A DNA stretch of 64,000 nt from Malacoraja senta (taxonomy: Eukaryota). The stretch lies in assembly GCA_038087875.1 (NCBI GenBank), contig JAXLNO010000118.1, positions 1 through 64,000 of the forward strand, in the 5' to 3' direction. Every line of letters begins with the position of its first letter. The stretch's first letter is position 1. The position numbers and the translations under genes were made by a program. The notes beneath the pieces were generated by a model. That model did no database searches, had not been told where the DNA came from, and saw only the letters and a list, made by a program, of their open reading frames with translations. Positions 34,801 to 47,400 of the stretch are shown piece after piece.

Positions 34801-37800
34801 GAACATGCGAAAAAAGGTGGTCTGCTTTGAAAATGTTAAAGGTGGTTTGCTTCGAAAATGCAAAAGGTGGTTTGTTTTGAAATTGCAAAAGGTGGTTTGC
34901 TTTGAAAATGCAAAAGGAGGTTTGCTTTGAAAATGCAAATGGTCGTTTGCTCTATAAATGCAAACGGTCGTTTGCTATTAATATGCGAAAGGTCGTTTGA
35001 TTTGAAAATGCAAAAGATTGTTTGCTTTGAATTTGCAAAAAAGTGGTTTGCTTTGAAAATGCGAAAGGTGGTTTGCTTTGAAAATACAAAACGTGGTTTG
35101 ATTTGAAAATGCAAAAACGTGGTTTGATTTGAAAATGCAAAAAGTGGCTTTGTTTTAATATGCAAATGTAAAAAAGGTTGTTTGCTTTTAAAATCAAAAG
35201 GTTTGCTTTGAAATGCAAAGGGTTTACTTTGAAAATGCAAAAGGTTTGCTTTGAAAATGCAAAAAGTGGTTTGCTTTGAAGGGAAAATAGTGGTTTGCTT
35301 TGAAAAAGCAAAAGGTGGTTGCTTAGAAGATGCAAAAGGTGGTTTGCTTTGAAAATGCAAAAGGTGGTTTGCTTTTAAAATGCAAAAGGTGGTTTGCTAT
35401 AAAAACGCCAAAAGGAGGTTTGCTTTGAAAATGCAAAAGTTGGTCTGCTTTGAAAATGCAAAAGGTGGTTTACTTTGAAAATGCTAAAGGTGGTTTGCTT
35501 TGAAAATGCAAATGGTGGTTTGCTTTGAAAATGAAAAAGTGGTTTGCTTTCAAAATGCAAAGGGTTTACTTTGAAAATGCAAAAGGCTGTTTGCTTTGAA
35601 AGGCATATGGTGGTTTGCTTTGAAAAAGCAAAAGGTGGTTTGATTTGAAAATGAAAAAAAGGTGGTTTGCTTTTAAAATCAAAAGGTTTGCTTTGAAAAT
35701 GCAAAGGGTTCACTTTGAAAATGCAAAAGGTTTGTTTTGAAAATGCGAATAGTGGTTTGCTTTGAAAAAGCAAAAGGTGGTTGCTTTGAAGATGCAAAAG
35801 GTGGTTTGCTTTGAAAATGCAAAAGGGAGTTTGCTTTGAAAATGTAAAAGGTGGTGTGCTTTGAAAATGCAAAAGGTGGTTTGCTTTGAAAATGATATAG
35901 GTGGTTTGCTTTGAAAATGCAAAAAGGTTTGCTTTAAAAAAGCAGTAGATGATTTACTTTGAAAATGGAAAAGGTGGTTTGAAAATGCAAAAGGTGGTTT
36001 CCTTTGAAAATGCAAAAAGGTTTGCTTTAAAAATGCAGTAGATGGTTTGCTTTAAAAATGCAGTAGATGGTTTGCTTTGAAAATGCAAAAGGTGGTTTGC
36101 TTTGAAAATGCAAAAGGTCGTTTGCTTTGAAAATACAAAAGGTCGTTTGCTTTTAAAATGCAAAAGGTCGTTTGCTTTGAAAATGCAATAGGTGGTTTTC
36201 TGGTTTGCATTGAAAATGCAGAAGCTGCTTTTTAATGGAAATGCAACAGGTGGTTTGCTTTGAAAATGGAAAAGGTGGTTTTCTTTGAAAATGCAAAAGG
36301 TGGTTTCCTTTGAAAATGCAAAAGGTGGTTTGCTTTGAAAATTCAAAAAGGTTTACTTTAAAAAAGCAGTAGATTGTTTGCTTTGAAAATGGAAAAGGTG
36401 GTTTGAAAATGCAAAAGGTGGTTTCCTTTGAAAATGCAAAAGGTGGTTTGCTTTGAAAATACAAAAGGTCGTTTGCTCTGAAAATGCAAAAGGTCGTTTG
36501 CTTTTAATATGCAAAAGGTCGTTTGCTTTGAAAATGCAAAAGATTGTTTGCTATGAAATTGCAAAAAAGTGGTTTGCTTTGAAAATGCAAAAGTGGTTTG
36601 CTTTGAAAATACAAAACGTGGTTTGATTTGAAAATGCAAAAAGTGGCTTTGTTTTAATATGCAAATGGTGGTTTGCTTTGAAAATGAAAAAGTGGTTTGC
36701 TTTTAAAATGCAAAAGGTGGTTTGGTTTGAAAATGCAAATGTTGGTTTTCAATGAAAATGTAAAAGGTGGTTTGCTTTGAAAATGCAAAAGGTGGTTTGG
36801 TATAAAAATGCCAACATGTGGTTTGCTTTGAAAATGTAAAAGGTGGTTTGCTTTGAAAATGCAAACGGTCGTTTGCTTTGAAAATGCAAAAGGTGGTTTG
36901 CTGGTTTGCATTGAAAATGCAAAAGCTGCGTTTTAATGGAAATGCAAAATGTGGTTTGCTTTGAAAATGCAAAAGATGGTATGCTTTGAAAATGCAAAAA
37001 GGTTTGCTTTAAAAAAGCAGTAGATGGTTTGCTTTGAAAATGGAAAAGGTGGATTGAAAATGCAAAATGTGGTTTCCTTTGAAAATGCAAAAGGTCGTTT
37101 GCTTTGAAAATGCAATAGATGGTTTGCTTTGAAAATGGAAAAGGTGGTTTTCTTTGAAAATGCAAAAGGTGGTTTGATTTGAAATTGCAAATGTGTGGTT
37201 TGCTTTGAACATGCAAAAAAGCGGTTTGCTTTGAAAATGCAAAAGGTGGTTTGCTTTGAAAATGCAAAAGGTGGTTTGCTTTGAAAATGCAAAAGGTGGT
37301 TTGCTTCGAAAATGCAAAATGAGGTTTGCTTTAAATATGCAGTAGATGGTTTGCTTTGAAAATAGAAAAGGTGGTTTGCTTTGAAAATGCAAAAGATGGT
37401 TTGCTTTGAAATTGCAAAAAAGTGGTTTGCTTTGAAAATGCAAAAGGTGGTTTGCTTTGAAAATACATAACGTTGTTTGCTTTGAAAATGCAAAAGGTCG
37501 TTTGCTCTGAAAATGCAAAAGGTCGTTTGCTTTTAATATGCAGAAGGTCGTTTTCTTTGAAAATGCAAAAGATTGTTTGCTTTGAAATTGCAAAAAAGTG
37601 GTTTGCTTTGAAAATGCAAAAGGTGGTTTGCTTTGAAAATACAAAACGTGTTTTAATTTTAAGATGCAAAAAGTGGCTTTGTTTTAATATGCAAATGGTG
37701 GTTTGCTTTGAAAATGCAAAAGGTGGTTTACTTATAAAATGCAAAAGGTGGTTTGCTTTGAAAATGCAAAAGGTGGTTTGGTATGAAAATGCCAAAAAGT

Positions 37801-38485
37801 GGTTTGCTTTGAAAATGCAAAAGGTAGTTTGCTTTGAAAATGCAAACGGTCGTTTGCTTTAAAAATGCAAAAGGTGGTTTGCTGATTTGCATTGTAAGTG
37901 CAAAATCTGCTTTTTAATGGAAATGCTTTGAAAATGCAAAAATGTTTGCTTTAAAAAAGCAGTAGATGGTTTGCTTTGAAAATGGAAAAGGTGGATTGAA
38001 ATTGCAAAAGGTGGTTTCCTTTGAAAATGCAAAAAGGTTTGCTTTAAAAATGCAGTAGATGGTTTGCTTTGAAAATGGAAAAGGTGGTTTGCTTTGAAAA
38101 TGCAAAAGGTGGTTTAATTTGAAATTGCAAATGTGTGGTTTGCTTTGAACATGCGAAAAAAGGTGGTCTGCTTTGAAAATGTTAAAGGTGGTTTGCTTCG
38201 AAAATGCAAAAGGTGGTTTGTTTTGAAATTGCAAAAGGTGGTTTGCTTTGAAAATGCAAAAGGAGGTTTGCTTTGAAAATGCAAATGGTCGTTTGCTCTA
38301 TAAATGCAAACGGTCGTTTGCTATTAATATGCGAAAGGTCGTTTGATTTGAAAATGCAAAAGATTGTTTGCTTTGAATTTGCAAAAAAGTGGTTTGCTTT
38401 GAAAATGCGAAAGGTGGTTTGCTTTGAAAATACAAAACGTGGTTTGATTTGAAAATGCAAAAAGTGGCTTTGTTTTAATATGCAA
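31818..38485 (+). repeat. Near-exact 3,346-bp tandem duplication within the satellite
   Basis: Identical ORF translations offset by 3346 (32029/35375, 33403/36749, 34568/37914); junction at ~35164. Confidence 0.93.
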
Positions 38486-41400
38486 ATGGTGGTTTGCATT
38501 GAAAATGCAAAAGGTGGTTTGCTTTTAAAGTGCAAAAGGTGGTTTGCTTTAAAAATGCAAATGTTGGTTTTCAATGAAAATGTAAAAGGTGGTTTGCTTT
38601 GAAAATGCAAAAGGTGGTTTGGTATAAAAATGCCAAAAAGTAGTTTGCTTTGAAAATGTAAAAGGTGGTTTGCTTTGAAAATGCAAATATGGTATGCTTT
38701 GAAAATGCTAAAAGGTTTGCTTTAAAAAAGCAGTAGATGGTTTGCTTTTTAAAATGGAAAAGGTGGATTGAAAATGCAAAAGGTGGTTTCCTTTGAAAAT
38801 GCAAAAATGTTTGCCTTAAAAATGCAGTAGATGGTTTGTTTTGAAAATGGAAAAGGTGGTTTGCTTTGAAAATGCAAAAGAGGGTTTGCTTTGAAATTGC
38901 AAAAAAGTGGTTTGCTTTGAAAATGCAAAAGGTGGTTTGCTTTGAAAATACAAAACGTTGTTTGATTTGAAATTGCCAAAGGTGGTTTGCTGATTTGCAT
39001 TGAAAATGCAAAAGCTGCTTTTTAATGGAAATGCAAAAGGTGGTTTGCTTTGAAAATGCAAAAGATGGTATGCTTTGAAAATGCAAAAAGGTTTGCTTTA
39101 AAAAAGCAGTAGATGGTTTACTTTGAAAATGGAAAAGGTGGATTGAAAATGCAAATGGTGGTTTGGTATAAAAATGCGAAAAAGTGGTTTGCTTTGAAAA
39201 TGCAAAAGGTGGTTTGCTTTGAAAATGCAAACGGTCGTTTGCTTTGAAAATGCAAAAGGTGGTTTGCTGGTTTGCATTGAAAATGCAAAAGCTGCTTTTT
39301 AATGGAAATGCAAAAGGTGGTTTGCTTTGAAAATGAAAAGATGGTATGCTTTGAAAATGCAAAAGGTGGTTTGCTTTGAAAAAGCAAAATATTGTTTGCT
39401 GTGAAAATGCTAAATGTGTTTTTTTTTAAATGCAAAATGTGGTTTGCTTTGAAAATGCAAAAGGTGGTTTGCTTTGAAAATGCAAAAGGTGGTTTGCTTT
39501 GAAAAGGCAAAAGGTTTGCTTTGAAAATGCAAAGGGTTTACGTTGAAAATGCAAAAGGTTAGCTTTGAAAATGCAAATAGTGGTTTGGTTTGAAGGGCAA
39601 ATTGTGGTTTGTTTTGAAAAAGCAAAAGGTGATTTGCTTTGAAAAAGCAAAAGGTGGGTTGCTTTGAAAAGGCAAAAGGTGGTTTGCTTTGAAACAGAAA
39701 AGGTGGTTTGCTTTTAAAATGCAAAAGGTGGTTTTCATTGAAAATGCAAAAGTTGGTTTGCTTTGAAATTGCAAAAAGTGGTTTGCTTTGAAAATACAAA
39801 TGGTGGTTTGCTTTGAAAATGTAAAATGTCGTTTGTTTAGAAAATGGAAAAGGTGGTTTGCTTTGAAAATGCAAAAGGTGGTTTGCTTTGAAAAAGCAAA
39901 AGGTGGTTTGCTTTGAAAATGCAAAAAGGTTTGCTTTAAAAATGCAGTAGATGGTTTGATTTGAAAATGGAAAAGATAGTTTGCTTTGAAAATGCAAAAG
40001 GTGGTTTGTTTTGAAATTGCAAAAAAAGTGGTTTACTTTGAAAATGCAAAATGTGGTTTGCTTTGAAAATGCAAAGGGTGGTTTGCTTTAAAAATGCAAA
40101 AGGTGGCTTCCTTTTAATATACAAATGGTGGTTTGCTTTGAAAATGCAAAACGTGGTTTGCTTTTAAAATGATAACGGTGGTTTTCTTTGAAAATGCAAA
40201 TGGTGGTTTGCTTTGAAAATGTAAAAGGTGGTTTTCTTTGAAAATGCAAAAGGTGGTTTGGTATAAAAATGCCAAAAAGTGGTTTGCTTTGGAAATGCAA
40301 ACGGTGGTTTGCTTTGAAAATGCAAAAGGTCGTTTGCTTTGAAAATGCTAAAGGTCATTTGCTTTGAAAATGCAAAAGGTGGTTTGCTGGTTTGCATTGA
40401 AAATGCAAAAGCTGCTTTTCAATGAAAATGCAAAGGGTGGTTTGCTTTGAAAATGAAAAATGTGGTTTGCTTTGAAAATGCAAAAGGTGGCTTGCTTTTA
40501 AAATGCAAAAGGTGGTTTGCTGGTTAACATTGAAAATGCAAAAGGTGGTTTGCTTTGAAAATGCAAAATGTGGTGTGCGTTGAAATAGCAAAAAGTGGTT
40601 TGCTTTAAAAATGCGGTAGATAGTTTGCTTTGAAAATGGAAAAGGTGGTTTGCTTTGAAAATGCAAAAGGTGGTTTGCTTTGAAAATCCAAAAAGGTTTG
40701 CTTTAAAAATGTAGTAGATGGTTTGCTTTGAAAATGGAATAAATGGTTTGCTTTGAAAATGCAAAAGGTGGTTTGTTTTGAAATTGCAAAAAAAGTCGTT
40801 TGATTTGAAAATGCAAAAGGTGGTTTGCTTTGAAAATGCAAAAGGTGGCTTGCTTTTAATATGCAAATGGTGGTTTGCTTTAAAAATGCAAAAGGTGGTT
40901 TGGATTTTAAAATGGAAAAGGTGGTTTGTTTTGAAAATGCTATAGATGATTAGCTTTGAAAATGCAAAAGGTGGTTTGCTATGAAAATGCAAAAAGGTTT
41001 GCTTTAAAAATGCAGTAGGTTTGCTTTGAAAATGGAAAAGGTGGTTTGCTTTGAAAATGCAAAAGGTGGTTTGCTATAAAATGCCAAAAGGCGGTTTGCT
41101 TTGAAAATGCAAAATGTGCTTTGCTTTGAAAATGCAAAATGTCGTTTGTTTAGAAAAAACAAAAGGTGGTTTGCTTTGAAAATACAAAATGTGGTTTGCT
41201 TTGAAAATGCTATAGGTGGTTTGCTTTGAAAATGGAAAAGGTGGTTTGCTTTGTAAATGGAAACGGTGGTTTTCTTTGAAATTGCAAAAGGTGGTTTGCT
41301 TTGAAAAGGTAGTTTGCTTTGAAAATGCAAAAGGTGGATTGCTTTGAAAATGCCAAAAGGTTTGCTTTGAAAATGCAAAACGTGGTTTGCTTTGAAAATG

Positions 41401-44400
41401 GAAAACGTGATTTGCTTTGAAAATGCAAAAGGTGGTTTGCTTTGAAAAAGCAAAAGGTGGTTTGCTTTGAAAAAGCAAAAGGTGGTTTGCTTTGAAAATG
41501 CAAAAAGGTTTGCTTTAAAAATGCAGAAGATGGTTTGCTTTGAAAATTGAAAAGGTGGTTTGGTATAAAAATGCCAAAAAGTGGTTTGCTTTGGAAATGC
41601 AAAAGGTGGTTTGCTTTGAAAATGCAAAAGGTCGTTTGCTTTGAAAATTCAAAAGGTCATTTGCTTTGAAAATGCAAAAGGTGGTTTGCTGGTTTGCATT
41701 GAAAATGCAAACGCTGCTTTTGAATGAAAATGCAAAAGATGGTTTGCTTTGAAAATGAAAAAGGTGGTTTGCTTTGAAAATGCAAAAGGTGGTTTGCTTT
41801 GAAAATGCAAAAGGTGGTTTGCTGGTTTGCATTGAAAATGCAAAAGCTGGTTTGCTTTGAAAATGCAAAATGTGGTGTGCTTTGAAAATGCAAATGGTGG
41901 TCTGCTTTGAAAATCCAAAAAGGTTTGCTTTATAATGTAGTAGATAGTTTGCTTTGAAAAAGGAAAAAGTGGTTTGCTTTGAAAATACAGAAGGTGGTTT
42001 GCTTTGAAATTGCAAAAAAAAACTGGTTTGCTTTGAAAATGCAAAAGGTGGTTTGCTTTGAAAATACAAAAGGTGGTTTGCTTTGAAAATGCCATAGGTG
42101 GCTTTCTTTTAATATGGAAATGGTGGTTTGCTTTTAAAATGCAAAAGGTTGTTTGTCTTTACTATGTAAAAGGTGGTTTGCTTTGAAAATGCAAATGGTG
42201 GTTTGCTTTGAAAATGCAAATAGTGGTTTGCTTTGAAGGGCAAATGGTGGTTTGCTTTGAAAATGCAAAAGGTGGTTTTCTTTGAAATTGTAAAAAAGGT
42301 TGTTTGCTTTTAAAATCAAAAGGTTTGCTTTGAAATGCAAAGGGTTTACTTTGAAAATGCAAAAGGTTTGCTTTGAAAATGCAAAAAGTGGTTTGCTTTG
42401 AAGGGAAAATAGTGGTTTGCTTTGAAAAAGCAAAAGGTGGTTGCTTAGAAGATGCAAAAGGTGGTTTGCTTTGAAAATGCAAAAGGTGGTTTGCTTTTAA
42501 AATGCAAAAGGTGGTTTGCTATAAAAACGCCAAAAGGAGGTTTGCTTTGAAAATGCAAAAGTTGGTCTGCTTTGAAAATGCAAAAGGTGGTTTACTTTGA
42601 AAATGCTAAAGGTGGTTTGCTTTGAAAATGCAAATGGTGGTTTGCTTTGAAAATGATAAAGTGGTTTGCTTCCAAAATGCAAAGGGTTTACTTTGAAAAT
42701 GCAAAAGGCGGTTTGCTTTGAAGGGCATATGGTGGTTTGCTTTGAAAAAGCAAAAGGTGGTTTGATTTGAAAATGAAAAAAAGGTGGTTTGCTTTTAAAA
42801 TCAAAAGGTTTGCTTTGAAAATGCAAAGGGTTCACTTTGAAAATGCAAAAGGTTTGTTTTGAAAATGCGAATAGTAGTTTGCTTTGAAAAAGCAAAAGGT
42901 GGTTGCTTTGAAGATGCAAAAGGTGGTTTGCTTTGAAAATGCAAAAGGTCGTTTGCTTTGAAAATACAAAAGGTCGTTTGCTTTTCAAATGCAAAAGGTG
43001 GATTGCTGGTTTGCATTGAAAATGCAAAAGGGAGTTTGCTTTGTAAATGTAAAAGGTGGTGTGCTTTGAAAATGCAAAAGGTGGTTTGCTTTGAAAATGA
43101 TATAGGTGGTTTGCTTTGAAAATGCAAAAAGGTTTGCTTTAAAAAAGCAGTAGATGATTTACTTTGAAAATGGAAAAGGTGGTTTGAAAATGCAAAAGGT
43201 GGTTTCCTTTGAAAATGCAAAAAGGTTTGCTTTAAAAATGCAGTAGATGGTTTGCTTTAAAAAATGCAGTGGATGGTTTGCTTTGAAAATGCAAAAAGTG
43301 GTTTGCTTTGAAAATGCAAAAGGTCGTTTGCTTTGAAAATACAAAAGGTCGTTTGCTTTTAAAATGCAAAAGGTCGTTTGCTTTGAAAATGCAATAGGTG
43401 GTTTCCTGGTTTGCATTGAAAATGCAGAAGTTGCTTTTTAATGGAAATGCAACAGGTGGTTTGCTTTGAAAATGCAATAGATGGTATGCTTTGAAAATGC
43501 AAAAGGTGGTTTGCTTTGAAAATGCAAATGGTGGTTTGCTTTGTAAATTCAAAAAGGTTTGCTTTAAAAAAGCAGTAGATGGTTTGCTTTGATAATGGAA
43601 AAGGTGGTTTGAAAATGCAAAAGGTGGTTTCCTTTGAAAATGCAAAAGGAGGTTTGCTTTGAAAATACAAAAGGTCGTTTGCTCTGAAAATGCAAAAGGT
43701 CGTTTGCTTTTAATATGCAAAAGGTCGTTTGCTTTGTAAATGCAAAAGATTGTTTGCTTTGAAATTGCAAAAAAGTGGTTTGCTTTGAAAATGCAAAAGT
43801 GGTTTGCTTTGAAAATACAAAACGTGGTTTGATTTGAAAATGCAAAAAGTGGCTTTGTTTTAATATGCAAATGGTGGTTTGCTTTGAAAATGCAAAAGGT
43901 GGTTTGCTTTTAAAATGCAAAAGGTGGTTTGGTTTGAAAATGCAAATGTTGGTTTTCAATGAAAATGTAAAAGGTGGTTTGCTTTGAAAATGCAAAAGGT
44001 GGTTTGGTATAAAAATGCCAAAATGTGGTTTGCTTTGAAAATGTAAAAGGTGGTTTGCTTTGAAAATGCAAACGGTCGTTTGCTTTGAAAATGCAAAAGG
44101 TGGTTTGCTGGTTTGCATTGAAAATGCAAAAGCTGCGTTTTAATGGAAATGCAAAATGTGGTTTGCTTTGAAAATGCAAAAGATGGTATGCTTTGAAAAT
44201 GCAAAAAGGTTTGCTTTAAAAAAGCAGTAGATGGTTTGCTTTGAAAATGGAAAAGGTGGATTGAAAATGCAAAATGGGGTTTCCTTTGAAAATGCAAAAA
44301 GGTTTGCTTTAAAAATGCAATAGATGGTTTGCTTTGAAAATGGAAAAGGTGGTTTTCTTTGAAAATGCAAAAGGTGGTTTCCTTTGAAAATGCAAAAGGT

Positions 44401-47400
44401 GGTTTGCTTTGAAAATTCAAAAAGGTTTGCTTTAAAAAAGCAGTAGATGGTTTGCTTTGAAAATGGAAAAGGTGGTTTGAAAATGCAAAAGGTGGTTTCC
44501 TTTGAAAATGCAAAAGGTTTGCTTTGAAAATACAAAAGGTCGTTTGCTCTGAAAATGCAAAAGGTCGTTTGCTTTTAATATGCAAAAGGTCGTTTGCTTT
44601 GAAAATGCAAAAGATTGTTTGCTTTGAAATTGCAAAAAAAGTGGTTTGCTTTGAAAATGCAAAAGTGGTTTGCTTTGAAAATACAAAACGTGGTTTGCTT
44701 TGAAAATGCAAAAGGTGGCTTGCTTTTAATATGCAAAAGATGGTTTGCTTTTAAAATGCAAAAGGTGTTTTGGTTTTAAAATGCAAAAGATGGTTTGGTT
44801 TTAAAATGGAAATGTTGGTTTGCTTTGAAAATGCAAAAGGTGGTTTGCTTTGAAAATGCAAAAGATGATTTGCTTTGAAAATGCTAAATGTGGTTTGCTT
44901 TGAAAATGCAAAAGGTGGTTTACTTTGAAAATGCAAAAGGTGGTGGGCTTTGAAAATGCAAAAGCTGATTTGCTTTGAAAATGCAAAAGGTCGTTTGCTT
45001 TGAAAGTGCAAAAGGTAGTTTGCTTTGAAAATGTTAAATGTGGTTTGCTTTGAAAATGCAAAAAAGTGGTTTGGTTTGAAAATGCAAAAGGTGGTTTGCT
45101 TTGAAAATGCTATAAGTGGTTTGCTTTGAAAATGCAAAAGGTGGTTTGCTTTGCAAATGCAAAAATTTGCTTTGAAAATGCAAAAGGTGGTTTGCTTTGA
45201 AAATGCAAAAGATGGTTTGTTTTGAAAATGCAAAAGGTGGTTTGTTTTGAAAATGCAAAAAGTGGTTTGCTTTGAAAATGCAAAAGATGGTTAGCTTTGA
45301 AAATGCAAAAGGTTTGATTTGAAAATGCAAAAGATGGTTTGCTTTGAAAAGGCAAAAGGTGGTTTGCTATAAAAATGCCAAAAGGAGGTTTGCTTTCAAA
45401 ATGCAAAATGTGGTTTTCCTTTAAAATGCAAAAGGTCCTTTGCTTTGAAAATGCAAAAGGTTTGCTATGAAAATGCAAAAGTTGGTTTGCTGGTTTGCAT
45501 TGAAAATGAAAAAGGTGGTTTGCTTTGAAAATACACAAGGTGGTTTGCTTTGAAAATGCAAAAGGTGGTTAGCTTTGAAAATACAAAAGGTGGTTTGCTT
45601 TGAAAATGCAAAAGGCGGCTTGCTTTTAATATGCAAAAGATGGTTTGCTTTTAAAATGCAAAAGGTGTTTTGGTTTTAAAATGCAAAAGGTGGTTTGGTT
45701 TTAAAATGGAAATGTTGGTTTGCTTTGAAAATGCAAAAGGTGGTTTGCTTTGAAAATGCAAAAGTTGATTTGCTTTGAAAATGCTAAATGTGGTTTGCTT
45801 TGAAAATGGAAAAAGTGGTTTGCTTTGAAAATGCAAAAGGTGGTTTGCTGGTTTGCATTGAAAATGCAAAAGTTGGTTTACTTTGAAAATGCAAAAGGTG
45901 GTGGCTTTGAAAATGCAAAAGCTGATTTGCTTTGAAAATCGAAAAGGTCGTTTGCTTTGAAAGTGCAAAAGGTAGTTTGCTTTGAAAATGTTAAATGTGG
46001 TTTGCTTTGAAAATGCAAAAAAGTGGTTTGGTTTGGAAATGCTCAAGGTGGTTTGCTTTGAAAATGCTATAAGTGGTTTGCTTTGAAAATGCAAAAGGTG
46101 CTTTGCTTTGAAATTGCAAAAGGTGGTTTGCTTTGAAAATGCAAAAGGTGGTTTGCTTTGAAAATGCGAAAAAAATTGCTTTGAAAATGCGAAAAAAAAT
46201 TGCTTTGAAAATGCAAAAGGTGGTTTGCTTTGAAAATGCAAAAGATGGTTTGTTTTGAAAATGCAAAAGGTGGTTTGATTTGAAAATGCAATAGGTGGTT
46301 TGCTTTGAAAATGCAAAAGGTGGTTTGCTTTGAAAAGGTGGTTTGCTTTGAAAATGCATAAGGTGGTTTGCTTTGAAAATGCAAAAGATGGTTAGCTTTG
46401 AAAATGCAAAAGGTTTGCTTTGAAAATGCAAAAGATGGTTTGCTTTGAAAATGCATAAGGTGGTTTGCTTTGAAAATATAAAAGGTGGTTCGCTTTGAAA
46501 TTGCAAAAAGTGGTTTGCTTTGAAAATGCAAAAGGTGGTTTGCTTTATAATGCAAAAGGTGGTTTGCTTTAAAAATGCAAAAGGTGGTTTGCTTTGAAAA
46601 TACAAAATGTGCTTTGCTTTGAAAATGCAAAAGGTGATTTGTTTTGAAAATGGAAAAGGTGGTTTGCCATGAAAATGCAAAAGGTGGTTTGCTTAGAATA
46701 GGTGGTTTGCTTTGAAAATGCATAAGGTGGTTTGCATTGAAAATGCATAACGATGTTTGCTTTGAAATTGCAAAAAGTGGTTTGCTTTGAAAATGCAAAA
46801 CGTGGTTTGCTTTGAAAATGCAAATGTTGGTTTTCATTGAAAATGTAAAAGGTGGTTTGCTTTGAAAATGCAAAAGGTGGTTTGGTATAAAAATGCCAAA
46901 AAGTGGTTTGCTTTGAAAATGCAAAAGGTAGTTTGCTTTGAAAATGCAAACTGTCGTTTACTCTGAAAATGCAAAAGGTGGTTTGCTGATTTGCATTGAA
47001 AATGCCAACGCTGCTTTTTAATGGAAATGCAAAAGGTGGTTTGCTTTGAAAATGCAAAAGATGGTATACTTTGAAAATGCAAAAAGGTTTGCTTTAAAAA
47101 AGCAGTAGATGGTTTACTTTGAAAATGGAAAAGGTGGATTGAAAATGCAAAAGGTGATTTCCTTTGAAAATGCAAAAAGGTTTGCTTTAAAAATGCAGTA
47201 GATGGTTTGCTTTGAAAATGGAAAAGATGGTTTGCTTTGAAAATGCAAAAGGTGGTTTGCTTTGAAAATGCAAAAAGGTTTGATTTTATAATGCAGTAGA
47301 TGGTTTGCTTGAAAATGGAAAAGGTGGTTTGCTTTGAAAATGCAAAAGATGGTTTGCTTTAAAATTGCAAAAATGTGGTTTGCTTTGAAAATGCAAAATG

